The notes beneath the pieces were generated by a model. That model searched no databases and was not told where the DNA came from. It saw nothing but the letters and a program-made list of their open reading frames with translations. This document shows, piece after piece, positions 1 to 8,647 of a stretch of 64,000 bases of DNA (its first letter is position 1; the number at the start of each line of letters is the position of its first letter). The position numbers and the translations under genes are program-made. This DNA comes from an uncultured Gemmatimonadales bacterium (GTDB taxonomy: Bacteria > Gemmatimonadota > Gemmatimonadetes > Gemmatimonadales > GWC2-71-9). The stretch spans positions 128,001 to 192,000 of the forward strand of contig CAVSQW010000009.1 in the NCBI GenBank assembly GCA_963730185.1, in the 5' to 3' direction.

Positions 1-940
1 GTCGACCGTCGGCGCCCACGGCCCGGCGCACCGCCAGTTCGCGGGCACGCCCGACCGCCTGCGCGAGCAGGAGGCACGCGAGATTCACGAGGGCGATGAG
101 CAGCACCAGGGCGACGCTGCTCGAGAGCAGCAGCACGGTGGCCCGGGTGTCGCCGACCAAGTCGTGGTGGAGGTCGGTCAAACGGAAGTCGAAGAACTCG
201 CCGACCTCGGGATACTCCCGCCGGATGCCCAGCGCCACGCCGGTCACCTCAGCCTGAGCGGCGCCCGGGCTGATCCCGGCCGCGAGGCGTCCGATGCCGG
301 CCAGATTGTGCGAGGTGCGACTACCGCCCGCCGGCAGCGCTCCGTCGTTGACCCAGACCTGGGCGCCCTCCGGGAACTGGAAGCCCGGCGGCATGACGCC
401 GACCACCCGGGTGGGGTGGCCGAACGCCACGAGGGTCTTGCCGATCACGTCGCGATCGCCGCCGAAGTAGCTCTGCCAGAATCCGTAGCTGAGAACGGAG
501 GCGGCCGGTCCACCTTTGGCGATTTCGTCTTCGGCAAAGGTGCGTCCGAGCAGCGGATCGTGGCCCAAGACCTCGAAGAAGTGGCCCCCGACGATCTCGA
601 CGTCGGCCAGGATCGGCGTGGCGCCACCGCTGAGGGGGGCGGAGCCGCCCCGATAGTGAGCCACCGCCGAAAAGGCGCGCGACTCGCGGGCCAGGTCGTC
701 GAAGTTCGGGTCGGTCAGTCGGGAGGCTGGACCGGTCTGCCGGGTCTGTTCCTCGATGGTGACCAGCCGATCGGGATCGGGATACGGCAGCGGCCTGAGG
801 AGGACGGCGTCGAGGACGCTGAACATCGCCGCGTTGAGGCCGATACCCAGCCCCAGCGTCAGCAGGAGGGTCAGGGCGAGCCGCGGGCGGCGGCGGAAGG
901 ACCGGAAGGCGAACGTCAGATCCCGGAAGAGCGATTCCAT
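1..940 (-). CDS. ADOP-type (MacB/FtsX duplicated) ABC permease, runs off the left edge of the window
   Basis: Not in the ORF track. Manual translation from ATG 940: MESLFRDLTFAFRSFRRRPRLALTLLLTLGLGIGLNAAMFSVLDAVLLRPLPYPDPDRLV...VVGVMPPGFQFP...LVLLIALVNLACLLLAQAVGRARELAVRRAVGA, the usual ADOP signatures. Confidence 0.93.
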   Translation of the reverse strand, partial: MESLFRDLTFAFRSFRRRPRLALTLLLTLGLGIGLNAAMFSVLDAVLLRPLPYPDPDRLVTIEEQTRQTGPASRLTDPNFDDLARESRAFSAVAHYRGGSAPLSGGATPILADVEIVGGHFFEVLGHDPLLGRTFAEDEIAKGGPAASVLSYGFWQSYFGGDRDVIGKTLVAFGHPTRVVGVMPPGFQFPEGAQVWVNDGALPAGGSRTSHNLAGIGRLAAGISPGAAQAEVTGVALGIRREYPEVGEFFDFRLTDLHHDLVGDTRATVLLLSSSVALVLLIALVNLACLLLAQAVGRARELAVRRAVGADGR

Positions 941-1016
941 GGGTCCGTGTCTCCGTCGATGTGGCGCCGGCCGGGGCTCGGATCGACCGCCATGGTCTGG
1001 GGGACTCCTGGGTGGA

Positions 1017-1045
1017 TAGACACGGCCCAGTCCCCGACCGTTGCC
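1017..1045 (-). promoter_or_regulatory. Putative ECF-sigma promoter GGCAACG-N15-GTGTC upstream of the ADOP permease
   Basis: The same bipartite motif with identical spacing lies upstream of the second ADOP gene (39871-39899). An AAC-containing -35 is typical of ECF promoters. Confidence 0.55.
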
Positions 1046-1111
1046 CGGGCCGACCTTGCCCGGGTGGCCCGAGCGCCGGTAGAGTACCGACAACCACCCC
1101 AGGAACAATTC

Positions 1112-2551
1112 ATGGCGACACCCCGGCTGCCGCTCGCTCTGGCGCTGCTCTTCGTGGTCCTCGCGGGGACCCTGCTGGCCCAAACTACCCCGACGGAGCG
1201 GGCCGCCGCAGGTGACGTCCTGACCGCGATCGACACCCTGGAAGCGAAGCTGGCCCCCGCCCGGCTCGCCCAGCGCCTGGTGTCCTCGAAGCACGGTGAC
1301 CGGGAGACGGTCCTGGCCCAGGTCGGGGCGCTTTGGGACGGGCAGATGCAGGATCTCGCCGACTGGATCGGTCACCACCCCGAAGTGGGTTGGAAAGAGG
1401 TCCAGGCGGTCGACACCCTCACCAAGCTGCTGGGGGCCGCGGGGTTCGCGGTCGAGACCAAGGTGGCCGATCTGGCGACGGCCTTCGTCGCGACCTGGAC
1501 CTCACCCGCCGGGAGCGGACCGACGCTCGGCCTGATCGCGGAGTACGACGCGCTCCGGGACACCGAAGGCCCGTTCCACGGCGACCAGCACAACGCCCAG
1601 AGCCCGGTCGCGCTGGCGGCCGCGCTCGCGCTCAAGGACTACATGACGTCCCACCGGATGCCGGGAACCCTCCGGGTGTTCGGCACACCGGCGGAGGAGG
1701 TGGGCCCGCCCGCGAAGAAGATCATGCGAGATGCCGGGGTGTTCAAAGGCACCGACTTGATCGTCCGGAGCCACTCCTCCACGTCGACCGACCGCTCGCG
1801 GGCGGGATTCGGGATCTGCTGCCTGAATATCAACGAGGTGAAGTACACCTTCACCGGACGGCCGTCCCATCAGCTCACCTCCTGGAACGGCCGGAACGCG
1901 CTCGAGGCCGCGGTGCGGTTCTACAGCTCGGTCGACGGTCTGCGATCGACGTTCCGGCCGGAAGCGTCGATCCAAGGCGTCATCCCGGAAGGCGGGATCG
2001 CGCCGAACGTGGTGCCGGCCCGGACGGTGGTCGATTACTACATTCGCTATCCCGACGGCGTCTATCTCGAACACATTACCAAGATGATGGACGACGCGGC
2101 CCAGGGGGCCGCCCTGGCGACGGGGACCGAGGTGAAGATCGATCGCTACGGCGAGTATCGGGATGGGATCACCCTGGGAACTCTCGAGGAGCTGAGCTTC
2201 GCCTACGCCAAAGCGCTCGGGGCGACCCAGGTAGAGCCGGAGGTCCAGCGACCGGCCGGCTACGAGGAAACCGGGGGAATGTCACGCGACGTTCCCGGGG
2301 TCTCCGTCAGCGTGTTCAGCTCGCGCGGGAGCTACCACACCCGGGAGATGCTGGCCGATACCTTCAGCCCGGTCGGACACGCCGGCTTCCGGATCGACGC
2401 CCAGGTCATGGCCGCGATCCTGTTCGACTACCTGACGGACGCGCCCTTCCGGCAGGCCGTTGCCACCGAGCACCGGACCCTCAACACCCTGTTCGATCGG
2501 TACCAGCAGGGTCTGCAGGCGGCCTACGCGCCCGAGGTCGGGACGCCCTGA
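1112..2551 (+). CDS. Exported M20 family peptidase/amidohydrolase (AbgB/ACY1L2-like)
   Basis: Start placed at ATG 1112 after AGGA. Signal peptide MATPRLPLALALLFVVLAGTLLAQ; HPEVGWKE, AEYDAL, GTPAEE, GRNALEA, GGIAPNVVP, YHT motifs. Confidence 0.88.
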   Translation: MATPRLPLALALLFVVLAGTLLAQTTPTERAAAGDVLTAIDTLEAKLAPARLAQRLVSSKHGDRETVLAQVGALWDGQMQDLADWIGHHPEVGWKEVQAVDTLTKLLGAAGFAVETKVADLATAFVATWTSPAGSGPTLGLIAEYDALRDTEGPFHGDQHNAQSPVALAAALALKDYMTSHRMPGTLRVFGTPAEEVGPPAKKIMRDAGVFKGTDLIVRSHSSTSTDRSRAGFGICCLNINEVKYTFTGRPSHQLTSWNGRNALEAAVRFYSSVDGLRSTFRPEASIQGVIPEGGIAPNVVPARTVVDYYIRYPDGVYLEHITKMMDDAAQGAALATGTEVKIDRYGEYRDGITLGTLEELSFAYAKALGATQVEPEVQRPAGYEETGGMSRDVPGVSVSVFSSRGSYHTREMLADTFSPVGHAGFRIDAQVMAAILFDYLTDAPFRQAVATEHRTLNTLFDRYQQGLQAAYAPEVGTP

Positions 2552-2566
2552 GGGGGGCGCTCCGGG

Positions 2567-2863
2567 TCAGCCGCCGATCGGCTCGAGCCTCCGGTCCTTC
2601 CAGTGCCACCACTGGAGCAGGGCCGGCACATGGCGTTTCCGGGAGGCGAAGTAGACCGCGCAGCGAAACACGTAGAGGACGCAGGGATCCTGCCGAGTCC
2701 CGGTCAGGTGGCAGAGTCGCTGGTACATCTCCTCGGGGTCGGCGGTGGCGAGGTCCCTCACCCGGTGGAAGCCCAGCCGCCGGAGGTCCCGCGCCAGGCT
2801 GGGTCCGATGCCCGGGATCCGTTGGAGCTCGTCCTTGGTGGACCGGCGAGATGAGGCAGGCAC
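2567..2863 (-). CDS. Helix-hairpin-helix Cdd1-family (mitomycin-resistance-like) protein
   Basis: LQRIPGIGPSLARDLRRLG HhH, DPEEMYQRLC...DPCVLYVFRCAVYFA and C-terminal WWHWKD. Confidence 0.85.
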   Translation of the reverse strand: MPASSRRSTKDELQRIPGIGPSLARDLRRLGFHRVRDLATADPEEMYQRLCHLTGTRQDPCVLYVFRCAVYFASRKRHVPALLQWWHWKDRRLEPIGG

Positions 2864-2879
2864 GTTCGGATCCTCCAGC

Positions 2880-3803
2880 TCAGTAAATTCCCAGGTCGGT
2901 CGAGCTCCGGATCTCTCCCTGGTACCCGGCGGCCCGAATCTCGTCGATCAGCTCCTGATCCGTCACCCCCATGTTGAGCTGGTGATAGAGGAGGAGCAGG
3001 TTCGGGTGCGCCCGAGTGGCGATCCGAGCCAGGTCGACGGTCGAGGTGTGCGAGCCCCGATGGTACTTCTGCCACTCGGGTGTCCGCTTCTCGAGGCCTT
3101 TGGCCGAGTAGACCTCGTGGAGCAGAACGTCGCAGCCGTTGCAGGCATCGGCGAGGGCATCGGTGCCGCGGGTGTCGCCGGAGACGACGATGGTCCGGTC
3201 TCGGGTGACGAACCGGTAGCCGAAGGCGTGCTCCCAGTTGGTGTGAGGCACCGGAATTGCCGTGACGGTGACGGTCGAGTCGCGGTACACCACGCCCGGC
3301 TTCACCTCGGTCGCCTCGACCCTCCAGCCGGCCGTGTGGGGCTGATCTCCCTCGGTCCGAATCCGGATGTCTTCCTTCCAAGCCTCGGTCAGGTGCTGAG
3401 CCATCTCGCGGATCCCGGGCGGCCCGTAGACCCGGAGCGGTCCCGGTCGGTCGGCCACCCAGCCGGTATGGATCAGGTCTGGAAGTCCGATGGTGTGGTC
3501 GGAATGGAGATGGGTGATGAAGACCAGGTCGAGCCGATCGGCCCGAAGCCCGGCCATCTGGTACTTCTCTCGGGCGGCCTCGGCTCGGCGCATGAGGCCG
3601 GCGCCGGCGTCGACCAGGTAGGCCCGTCCACCGGCCACGATCGCCACCGCCGGCCCGGAGCGCTCGGGATCCGGGTTCGGGGTGCCGGATCCGAGCATCA
3701 CGATCCGGGTGGGTGGCTGGGATGCCAGGCACGACGGCGCCAGCGCCGCCACCCCGGTGAGATATCCCGCGAGAACGAGCGCCCGAAGCCCCGGGCCTCT
3801 CAT
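2880..3803 (-). CDS. Exported MBL-fold metallohydrolase (RNase Z/AtsA-like)
   Basis: ATG 3803 overlaps the upstream stop (ATGA). Signal peptide, MLGSGTP, LVDAG, THLHSDH, SGDT, LLHE, SHT, YH. Confidence 0.9.
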   Translation of the reverse strand: MRGPGLRALVLAGYLTGVAALAPSCLASQPPTRIVMLGSGTPNPDPERSGPAVAIVAGGRAYLVDAGAGLMRRAEAAREKYQMAGLRADRLDLVFITHLHSDHTIGLPDLIHTGWVADRPGPLRVYGPPGIREMAQHLTEAWKEDIRIRTEGDQPHTAGWRVEATEVKPGVVYRDSTVTVTAIPVPHTNWEHAFGYRFVTRDRTIVVSGDTRGTDALADACNGCDVLLHEVYSAKGLEKRTPEWQKYHRGSHTSTVDLARIATRAHPNLLLLYHQLNMGVTDQELIDEIRAAGYQGEIRSSTDLGIY

Positions 3804-5788
3804 GGCTGCCCTCCGAAGTGGTCCTGGAACCAGGCCACCCAGCGGCGGTACACGTCGCGGACGTGGACCGGATCGCTCGGGAAGTGCCCCATCACGGGGT
3901 AGGCCACGAACTCTACCGGAACGCCCCGGTCGCGGAGGGCGTGGTAGAGCTTGAACGACTCGACGATCGGAACTCGATAGTCGCCGACGTCGGAGAGGAT
4001 CAGCGTCGGGGTCTTCATCCGATCGGCGTAGGTGATGGGCGACTGCTTCCGAACCATCTCCTGCCACGGTGGGAGCCAGACCGAGCCGCCCCACCCACCG
4101 CCGAAGGTGACGTTGATGTCCGAGAGGTCGTACTGATCGGCGTAATCGGTTACGGCCGCCCCGGCGACGGCCGCCTTCCAGACGTCGTAGTGGCCGATCA
4201 GCCAGGTGGTCATGTAGCCGCCATACGACCAGCCGGACACGCCGATCCGGCTCTCGTCCACGATCCCCCGCTTCTCGAGCATCGCCACCCCGGCCATGAC
4301 GTCCTTGCCCGGACCGTCGCCGGCGTCGCCGATGATGGCGCTTTGGTAGGCGTTGCCGCGGTTGTCACTGCCCCGGTAGTTGGGTTGGAACACCAGCCAC
4401 CCCTGGGCCGCCAACAATTGCGGCTGGGCGCTGAAGCCCGTGGTGGAGGCCCCCATCGGGCCACCGTGGATGGACAGCACGAGCGGGTATTTCTTGTTGG
4501 GGTCGAAGCCGGGCGGGTAGAACAAGGCCCCGTCGGCGCGGAACCCATTGCCGACCTCCCACTCGATGCCTTCGGCCCGGCCCAGGCCCAGGGCCGCGAC
4601 CGACGCATTCAGGTCAGTCAAGCGGCGGGGCGCGGCCCCGGGTCCGGTCAGGTAGTAGAGCTCCTCGGGCCGGGTCGGGCTGGTGGCGACGAACGCCAGA
4701 GTGCCCCCGGCCCCGGCGGAAAGCTCGCTCGGCTGAAGGTCGCCCAGGTCGAGATGGGTGGGCGCGCCGTCGAGGGGCTGGATCCAGATCGACGTCCGCG
4801 TTCCATCATTGGCCGAGAGGACCAGGTTCCGTCCGTCCGGGGTCCACTCGGCGCCGTAGAAGGTCCGGTCGATCGCCGAGGTGGCATTTCGCTCCGGGCC
4901 ACCGGCCGGGCTCATCACGAAGATCGAATGGCTGGCGAACCAGGGGGCGGGCCCGCGGGGGCGCGAGAAGGCGATGAGGTCGCCGCGGGGCGAGAATGAG
5001 GGGCCCATCCCGATGCCGGACGACACGGTGCGCACCGATCCGGAGGCCACGTCGACGGCGCGAATCACGCTGGTGCGGAAGTCGCCGGTGTGGGCGGTTT
5101 CCTGGGCGGCGAAGGCGATGGTCTTTCCGTCCGGACCGAACGCGATGGGCGAGGTGCCGTCCGACTTGGTGAGGCTCCACGCTCCACTGGTCAGGCGTCG
5201 GGCATCGCCACCGTCGGCCGGGACCAGCCAGAGATGCACGGGCAGCGCGGCTTCCCGGGTCAGGAAGGAATCGTCGCCGACCTCGAAGGACCGGTTGTGC
5301 TTCTCCTCGCCGGTCTTCTTCTCGGGCTCGTCCTCGGTGGCGTACGCGATGCTCTTGCCGTCGGGACTCCAGGCGTACTGGGCCACGCCGCGGGGCGCAT
5401 GGGTGACGCAGTGCGCGTCGCCGCCCGCCATCGGGAGGATGCAGACTTGAGGGGCCAGGTCGTCGCCCTCGCCGACCTGGTCGACGAAGGCGATCCGGTC
5501 TCCGCTCGGCGACCAGCGGGGCGCGGCCACGGCCCAGCGGCCGTGGGTGAGCGCCCGACTCGTCCCGGAGGCCACGTCCACCAGGACCAGTTGGCCGGCG
5601 AAGTGATTGGCGTCGTAGTCCGGTCGCGACTCGACCACGGCGATACTCCGCCCGTCCGGGCTCAGTTGGGGCGACTGGAGGTTGACGAGCTGCCGGAGCG
5701 CTTCGAGGTCGAAGTGTCCCTGGGCCGCGGCCGGCGAGGCGGTGGCAGCGGCGAGCGCGGTCAGCGCCAGTACGCGGAGCCGGTTCAT
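3800..5788 (-). CDS. Exported S9 family peptidase (dipeptidyl/acylaminoacyl peptidase)
   Basis: Signal peptide, PD40-like beta-propeller (WSPDGK), IHGGP, PNYRGS, GWSYGG nucleophile, DYRVP, GH. Confidence 0.95.
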   Translation of the reverse strand: MNRLRVLALTALAAATASPAAAQGHFDLEALRQLVNLQSPQLSPDGRSIAVVESRPDYDANHFAGQLVLVDVASGTSRALTHGRWAVAAPRWSPSGDRIAFVDQVGEGDDLAPQVCILPMAGGDAHCVTHAPRGVAQYAWSPDGKSIAYATEDEPEKKTGEEKHNRSFEVGDDSFLTREAALPVHLWLVPADGGDARRLTSGAWSLTKSDGTSPIAFGPDGKTIAFAAQETAHTGDFRTSVIRAVDVASGSVRTVSSGIGMGPSFSPRGDLIAFSRPRGPAPWFASHSIFVMSPAGGPERNATSAIDRTFYGAEWTPDGRNLVLSANDGTRTSIWIQPLDGAPTHLDLGDLQPSELSAGAGGTLAFVATSPTRPEELYYLTGPGAAPRRLTDLNASVAALGLGRAEGIEWEVGNGFRADGALFYPPGFDPNKKYPLVLSIHGGPMGASTTGFSAQPQLLAAQGWLVFQPNYRGSDNRGNAYQSAIIGDAGDGPGKDVMAGVAMLEKRGIVDESRIGVSGWSYGGYMTTWLIGHYDVWKAAVAGAAVTDYADQYDLSDINVTFGGGWGGSVWLPPWQEMVRKQSPITYADRMKTPTLILSDVGDYRVPIVESFKLYHALRDRGVPVEFVAYPVMGHFPSDPVHVRDVYRRWVAWFQDHFGGQP

Positions 5789-7302
5789 CGGGCCCCCCGC
5801 TCGGCTCGGGCCTTCGCCACCATGTCCTTCACTTCGGCCATGAGGCGGGGGCCGTTGTAGGGAATCCCATCCTTGATGGTCCAGATCACGCCGCCGGTGT
5901 GGACTTCTTTGCCGTCACGAATGGTGGTGGTCCCGGTGGGGTAGAGCACCTTGAGATCCTCCAGCGGATTGCCGTCGACCACGATCAGGTCGGCGAGGTA
6001 ACCGGGCCGCACCCGGCCGAGTTGATCGGCCTGGCCCAGGATGAAGGCGTTGTTGCCGGTCGCATGCTGAATGACCTTGATCGGGTGGAACCCGGCTTCC
6101 TGCTGGAGCTCCATCTCCCGGATTACCCCGAAGCCGTACATCTGGTAGATGAACCCGGCGTCCTCGCCGACCCCGATGACGCCGCCCATCCGCCCGAAAT
6201 CGCGGAGCGCCGCCATCCAGATCCGGTAGTTCTCCTTCCAGAACGCCTCGTCGGTGGAGCTCCACCCGATGAAATAGGAGCCGTGGTTGGCTGGGTTGGG
6301 TCGGAAGTACTCCTCGAGGGTGGGGTGGAGGTAGTCCTTGAACCAGGGTTGGGTCTGGGCCCGCTGAAGATCCCGGCTGGCCTCGTAGATCACCAGGGTC
6401 GGGTCCCAGGCCACGTGATGATCCACCATGGCCTTCAGCACGTCGTGCAGGCGGGAGGGATCGGCCTCGCGCCAGATCCGGCCGGCGTAGCGAAAGCGGT
6501 CCACCTCGTTGGCGTAGTTGTAGGTGGAGGGAAAGTTCTGCACCCCGTCGAGGAAGGCGGCGTCCGGGATACCGTACCAATGCTCGATGCTGGTGGTTCC
6601 GAAGGCGATGTCGTCCCAGGCATTGGTTTCCTCGACCCCCACGTGGTGCGCCACCGGAAGGCCCGCCTTGTGAGCTTCGTCCTCCATGGCCTGCATGATG
6701 TCCCGATCGAGCCCGACGATCTTGAGCCCGTCGACGCCGGCCGCCTTGAGGTCGCGAACTCGGGCTCGGGCCTCTTCCGGCGTTCGGGGGGCGGGCGGAT
6801 GGCTGAAGCCGGCGTAGACGAACAGTCGTGGGGCCTCGATCTGGCCGGCCGCGCTCTGGGCTCTGAGGCCGATGAACTCCCGCGCGTCACCGCCCGCGCT
6901 CACGTCGCGGACGGTGGTGATCCCCGAGGCGAGCCAGAGCTTGAACTGGTAGGCATACGGCTGGGGCAGGCCACCTCGCTCGTTCTGGAGATGGGCGTGA
7001 AGGTTGATGAGCCCGGGCAGCACGTACTTGCCGGTGGCGTCGATCTCGGCGTCGGCGGCCGGGTGTCGGGCCCGTCCGGCCTTGAGGGCGACCGGGTCGA
7101 GGGGGACCATCTCGACGATCCGGTTCCCCTCGATCACGATGTCGAACGGCCCTTCAGCGGGGGTGCCGTTGCCGGCGACCACGATCGCGTTCCGGATGGC
7201 GAGGCGACCGCTGGGGCGTTGCCCGGATTGGACGCCGTGGGTGTCCTGGGCTGCGAGCGACGGCGTCAGGGCGAGCAGACAGAGAACGAGCAGGCGGTTC
7301 AT
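5785..7302 (-). CDS. Exported metal-dependent amidohydrolase
   Basis: Start MNRLLVLCLLALTPSLAAQ; IDATGKYVLPGLINLHAH, GITTVRD, SIEHWYG, GEDAG, GYLADLIVVDGNPLED. Confidence 0.92.
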   Translation of the reverse strand: MNRLLVLCLLALTPSLAAQDTHGVQSGQRPSGRLAIRNAIVVAGNGTPAEGPFDIVIEGNRIVEMVPLDPVALKAGRARHPAADAEIDATGKYVLPGLINLHAHLQNERGGLPQPYAYQFKLWLASGITTVRDVSAGGDAREFIGLRAQSAAGQIEAPRLFVYAGFSHPPAPRTPEEARARVRDLKAAGVDGLKIVGLDRDIMQAMEDEAHKAGLPVAHHVGVEETNAWDDIAFGTTSIEHWYGIPDAAFLDGVQNFPSTYNYANEVDRFRYAGRIWREADPSRLHDVLKAMVDHHVAWDPTLVIYEASRDLQRAQTQPWFKDYLHPTLEEYFRPNPANHGSYFIGWSSTDEAFWKENYRIWMAALRDFGRMGGVIGVGEDAGFIYQMYGFGVIREMELQQEAGFHPIKVIQHATGNNAFILGQADQLGRVRPGYLADLIVVDGNPLEDLKVLYPTGTTTIRDGKEVHTGGVIWTIKDGIPYNGPRLMAEVKDMVAKARAERGAR

Positions 7303-7350
7303 GGGCTTTCGGCTGGGTGAGGATCTGGCGCGGACGATCGCGCCGCTCCT

Positions 7351-7381
7351 CAAGTTACCGGCGCCCTCGGCCGAGGGCGAG
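7351..7381 (-). promoter_or_regulatory. Putative sigma70-type promoter TCGCCC-N17-TAACTT (copy 1)
   Basis: About 50 bp upstream of ATG 7302; 26 of 31 nt identical to 8513-8543. Confidence 0.55.
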
Positions 7382-7466
7382 TCGGGGCCCGACGGGAGGA
7401 GCCGTCTCGATCGGCCGGCCTGTCGGGGTCAGCCGTTGGAGCCGGCGGTCGCGGCGTCGACGACGT

Positions 7467-8423
7467 TCACCCGGTGGGATGAGGTTCCAGGGTCTCCCAG
7501 ACGATCCGGCTCAAGTCGCCGATGAGCACTTCGGCCGCATTGTCCACGGGCTTCCAGCTCTGGTCCTCGTTTCCCGTCGTAAAGACGCAGAGGACGTAGT
7601 CCCGCCCGCCTGTTTCGGGCGGGTCCGACACCTCCTTGCCCTTGGGACGGGGGGCATAGACGATGCCGCAGTCGTTGCGTGAGGCGTTCACCGAGCCGGT
7701 CTTGTGCGCGGCCACGGTGCCGGCCGGGAGGTAGCGGGGGATCTCGTTGGATCCCCAGGCCTGCTCCCGGAGCATGGCGATCATCTTCTCCGAGGCGTCC
7801 CGCGACACCGCCTCGCCGCGATAGATGGTGACGAACATCCGGGCCATCTCCATGGGTGTGGTCACGCCCAGCCCCCACACTCGCGAGGAGTCCGGATCGA
7901 TGCTGGTGGTCCGGCTCCGGCCGACCTTTGCCCACAGCCTCGTGTGATGGTATCCGAGACTGTCCATGCGCTCGTTCACCGCGCGGATCCCCAGCTTGTC
8001 GACGATCAGGTTGGTGGCGGTGTTGTCGCTCTGCGAGATCATGAATGTGGCGGCATCCTTCATCGTGATCCGCAAGGGGGCGTCGAAGAACTGCAGGACG
8101 CCCGACCCGCCGACCCGGTCCACGTCCAGCATCACCACCGGGTCGTCGAGGTGGATCAGTCCGGCCTGGACCTGGCTGAAGAGCTGGATCAAGACGGGCA
8201 CCTTGATGTTGCTGGCGGTCGGGAACGGCTCGTCTCCGCGGATCGAGAGGGAGTCCCCCGACGCCAGATCGAGCAGCACGAGGCCGACCTTGCCGTGGTG
8301 CTGGGCGATCCTGGCGTGCAGCTGACCGCGAAGGGCGGCCCAAGGCGGAGCCTGCGCCGCCGCGCGGGTTGGAGCCAGGAGGGCGACGAGAAGCGTGGCG
8401 GTGGAGACCAGAGAGGCGCGCAT
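7467..8423 (-). CDS. Exported class A beta-lactamase-like serine hydrolase (PBP-A-like)
   Basis: Signal peptide; FPTASNIK (SxxK), SDN and HKTG motifs; no obvious omega-loop Glu166 equivalent. Confidence 0.9.
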   Translation of the reverse strand: MRASLVSTATLLVALLAPTRAAAQAPPWAALRGQLHARIAQHHGKVGLVLLDLASGDSLSIRGDEPFPTASNIKVPVLIQLFSQVQAGLIHLDDPVVMLDVDRVGGSGVLQFFDAPLRITMKDAATFMISQSDNTATNLIVDKLGIRAVNERMDSLGYHHTRLWAKVGRSRTTSIDPDSSRVWGLGVTTPMEMARMFVTIYRGEAVSRDASEKMIAMLREQAWGSNEIPRYLPAGTVAAHKTGSVNASRNDCGIVYAPRPKGKEVSDPPETGGRDYVLCVFTTGNEDQSWKPVDNAAEVLIGDLSRIVWETLEPHPTG

Positions 8424-8512
8424 GCCGGTTGTCCGATGGGTCGGTCAAGCTCCAGCAACCGGCCTTCGCCGGGGACGCGGCTCGGAGCGGGTGACGGTCG
8501 GGAGCGATTCTC

Positions 8513-8543
8513 CAAGTTACCGGTGGGCTCCGCCAAGGGCGAG
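8513..8543 (-). promoter_or_regulatory. Putative sigma70-type promoter TCGCCC-N17-TAACTT (copy 2)
   Basis: Near-identical to 7351-7381 and upstream of the minus-strand gene starting at 8423. Confidence 0.55.
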
Positions 8544-8647
8544 CGTCCGGCGACGACCGCGCCCGTCTCGTTCCCCGGGCCACGGCGACCTATCATTCCT
8601 AGTGTCGAGTCGTGTCCAGCCCACTCTCTCGTCGCCAGGAGACATTC

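Noticed and set aside
164..1111. N-terminal 316 aa of the 795-aa ORF 164..2551
   Set aside because: Mostly the antisense shadow of the ADOP permease at 1-940; the M20 gene starts at 1112 with an RBS and signal peptide.
7467..8423. A true class A beta-lactamase resistance gene
   Set aside because: SxxK, SDN and KTG are present but I see no Glu166-type omega-loop motif; a PBP-A-like peptidase is more likely.
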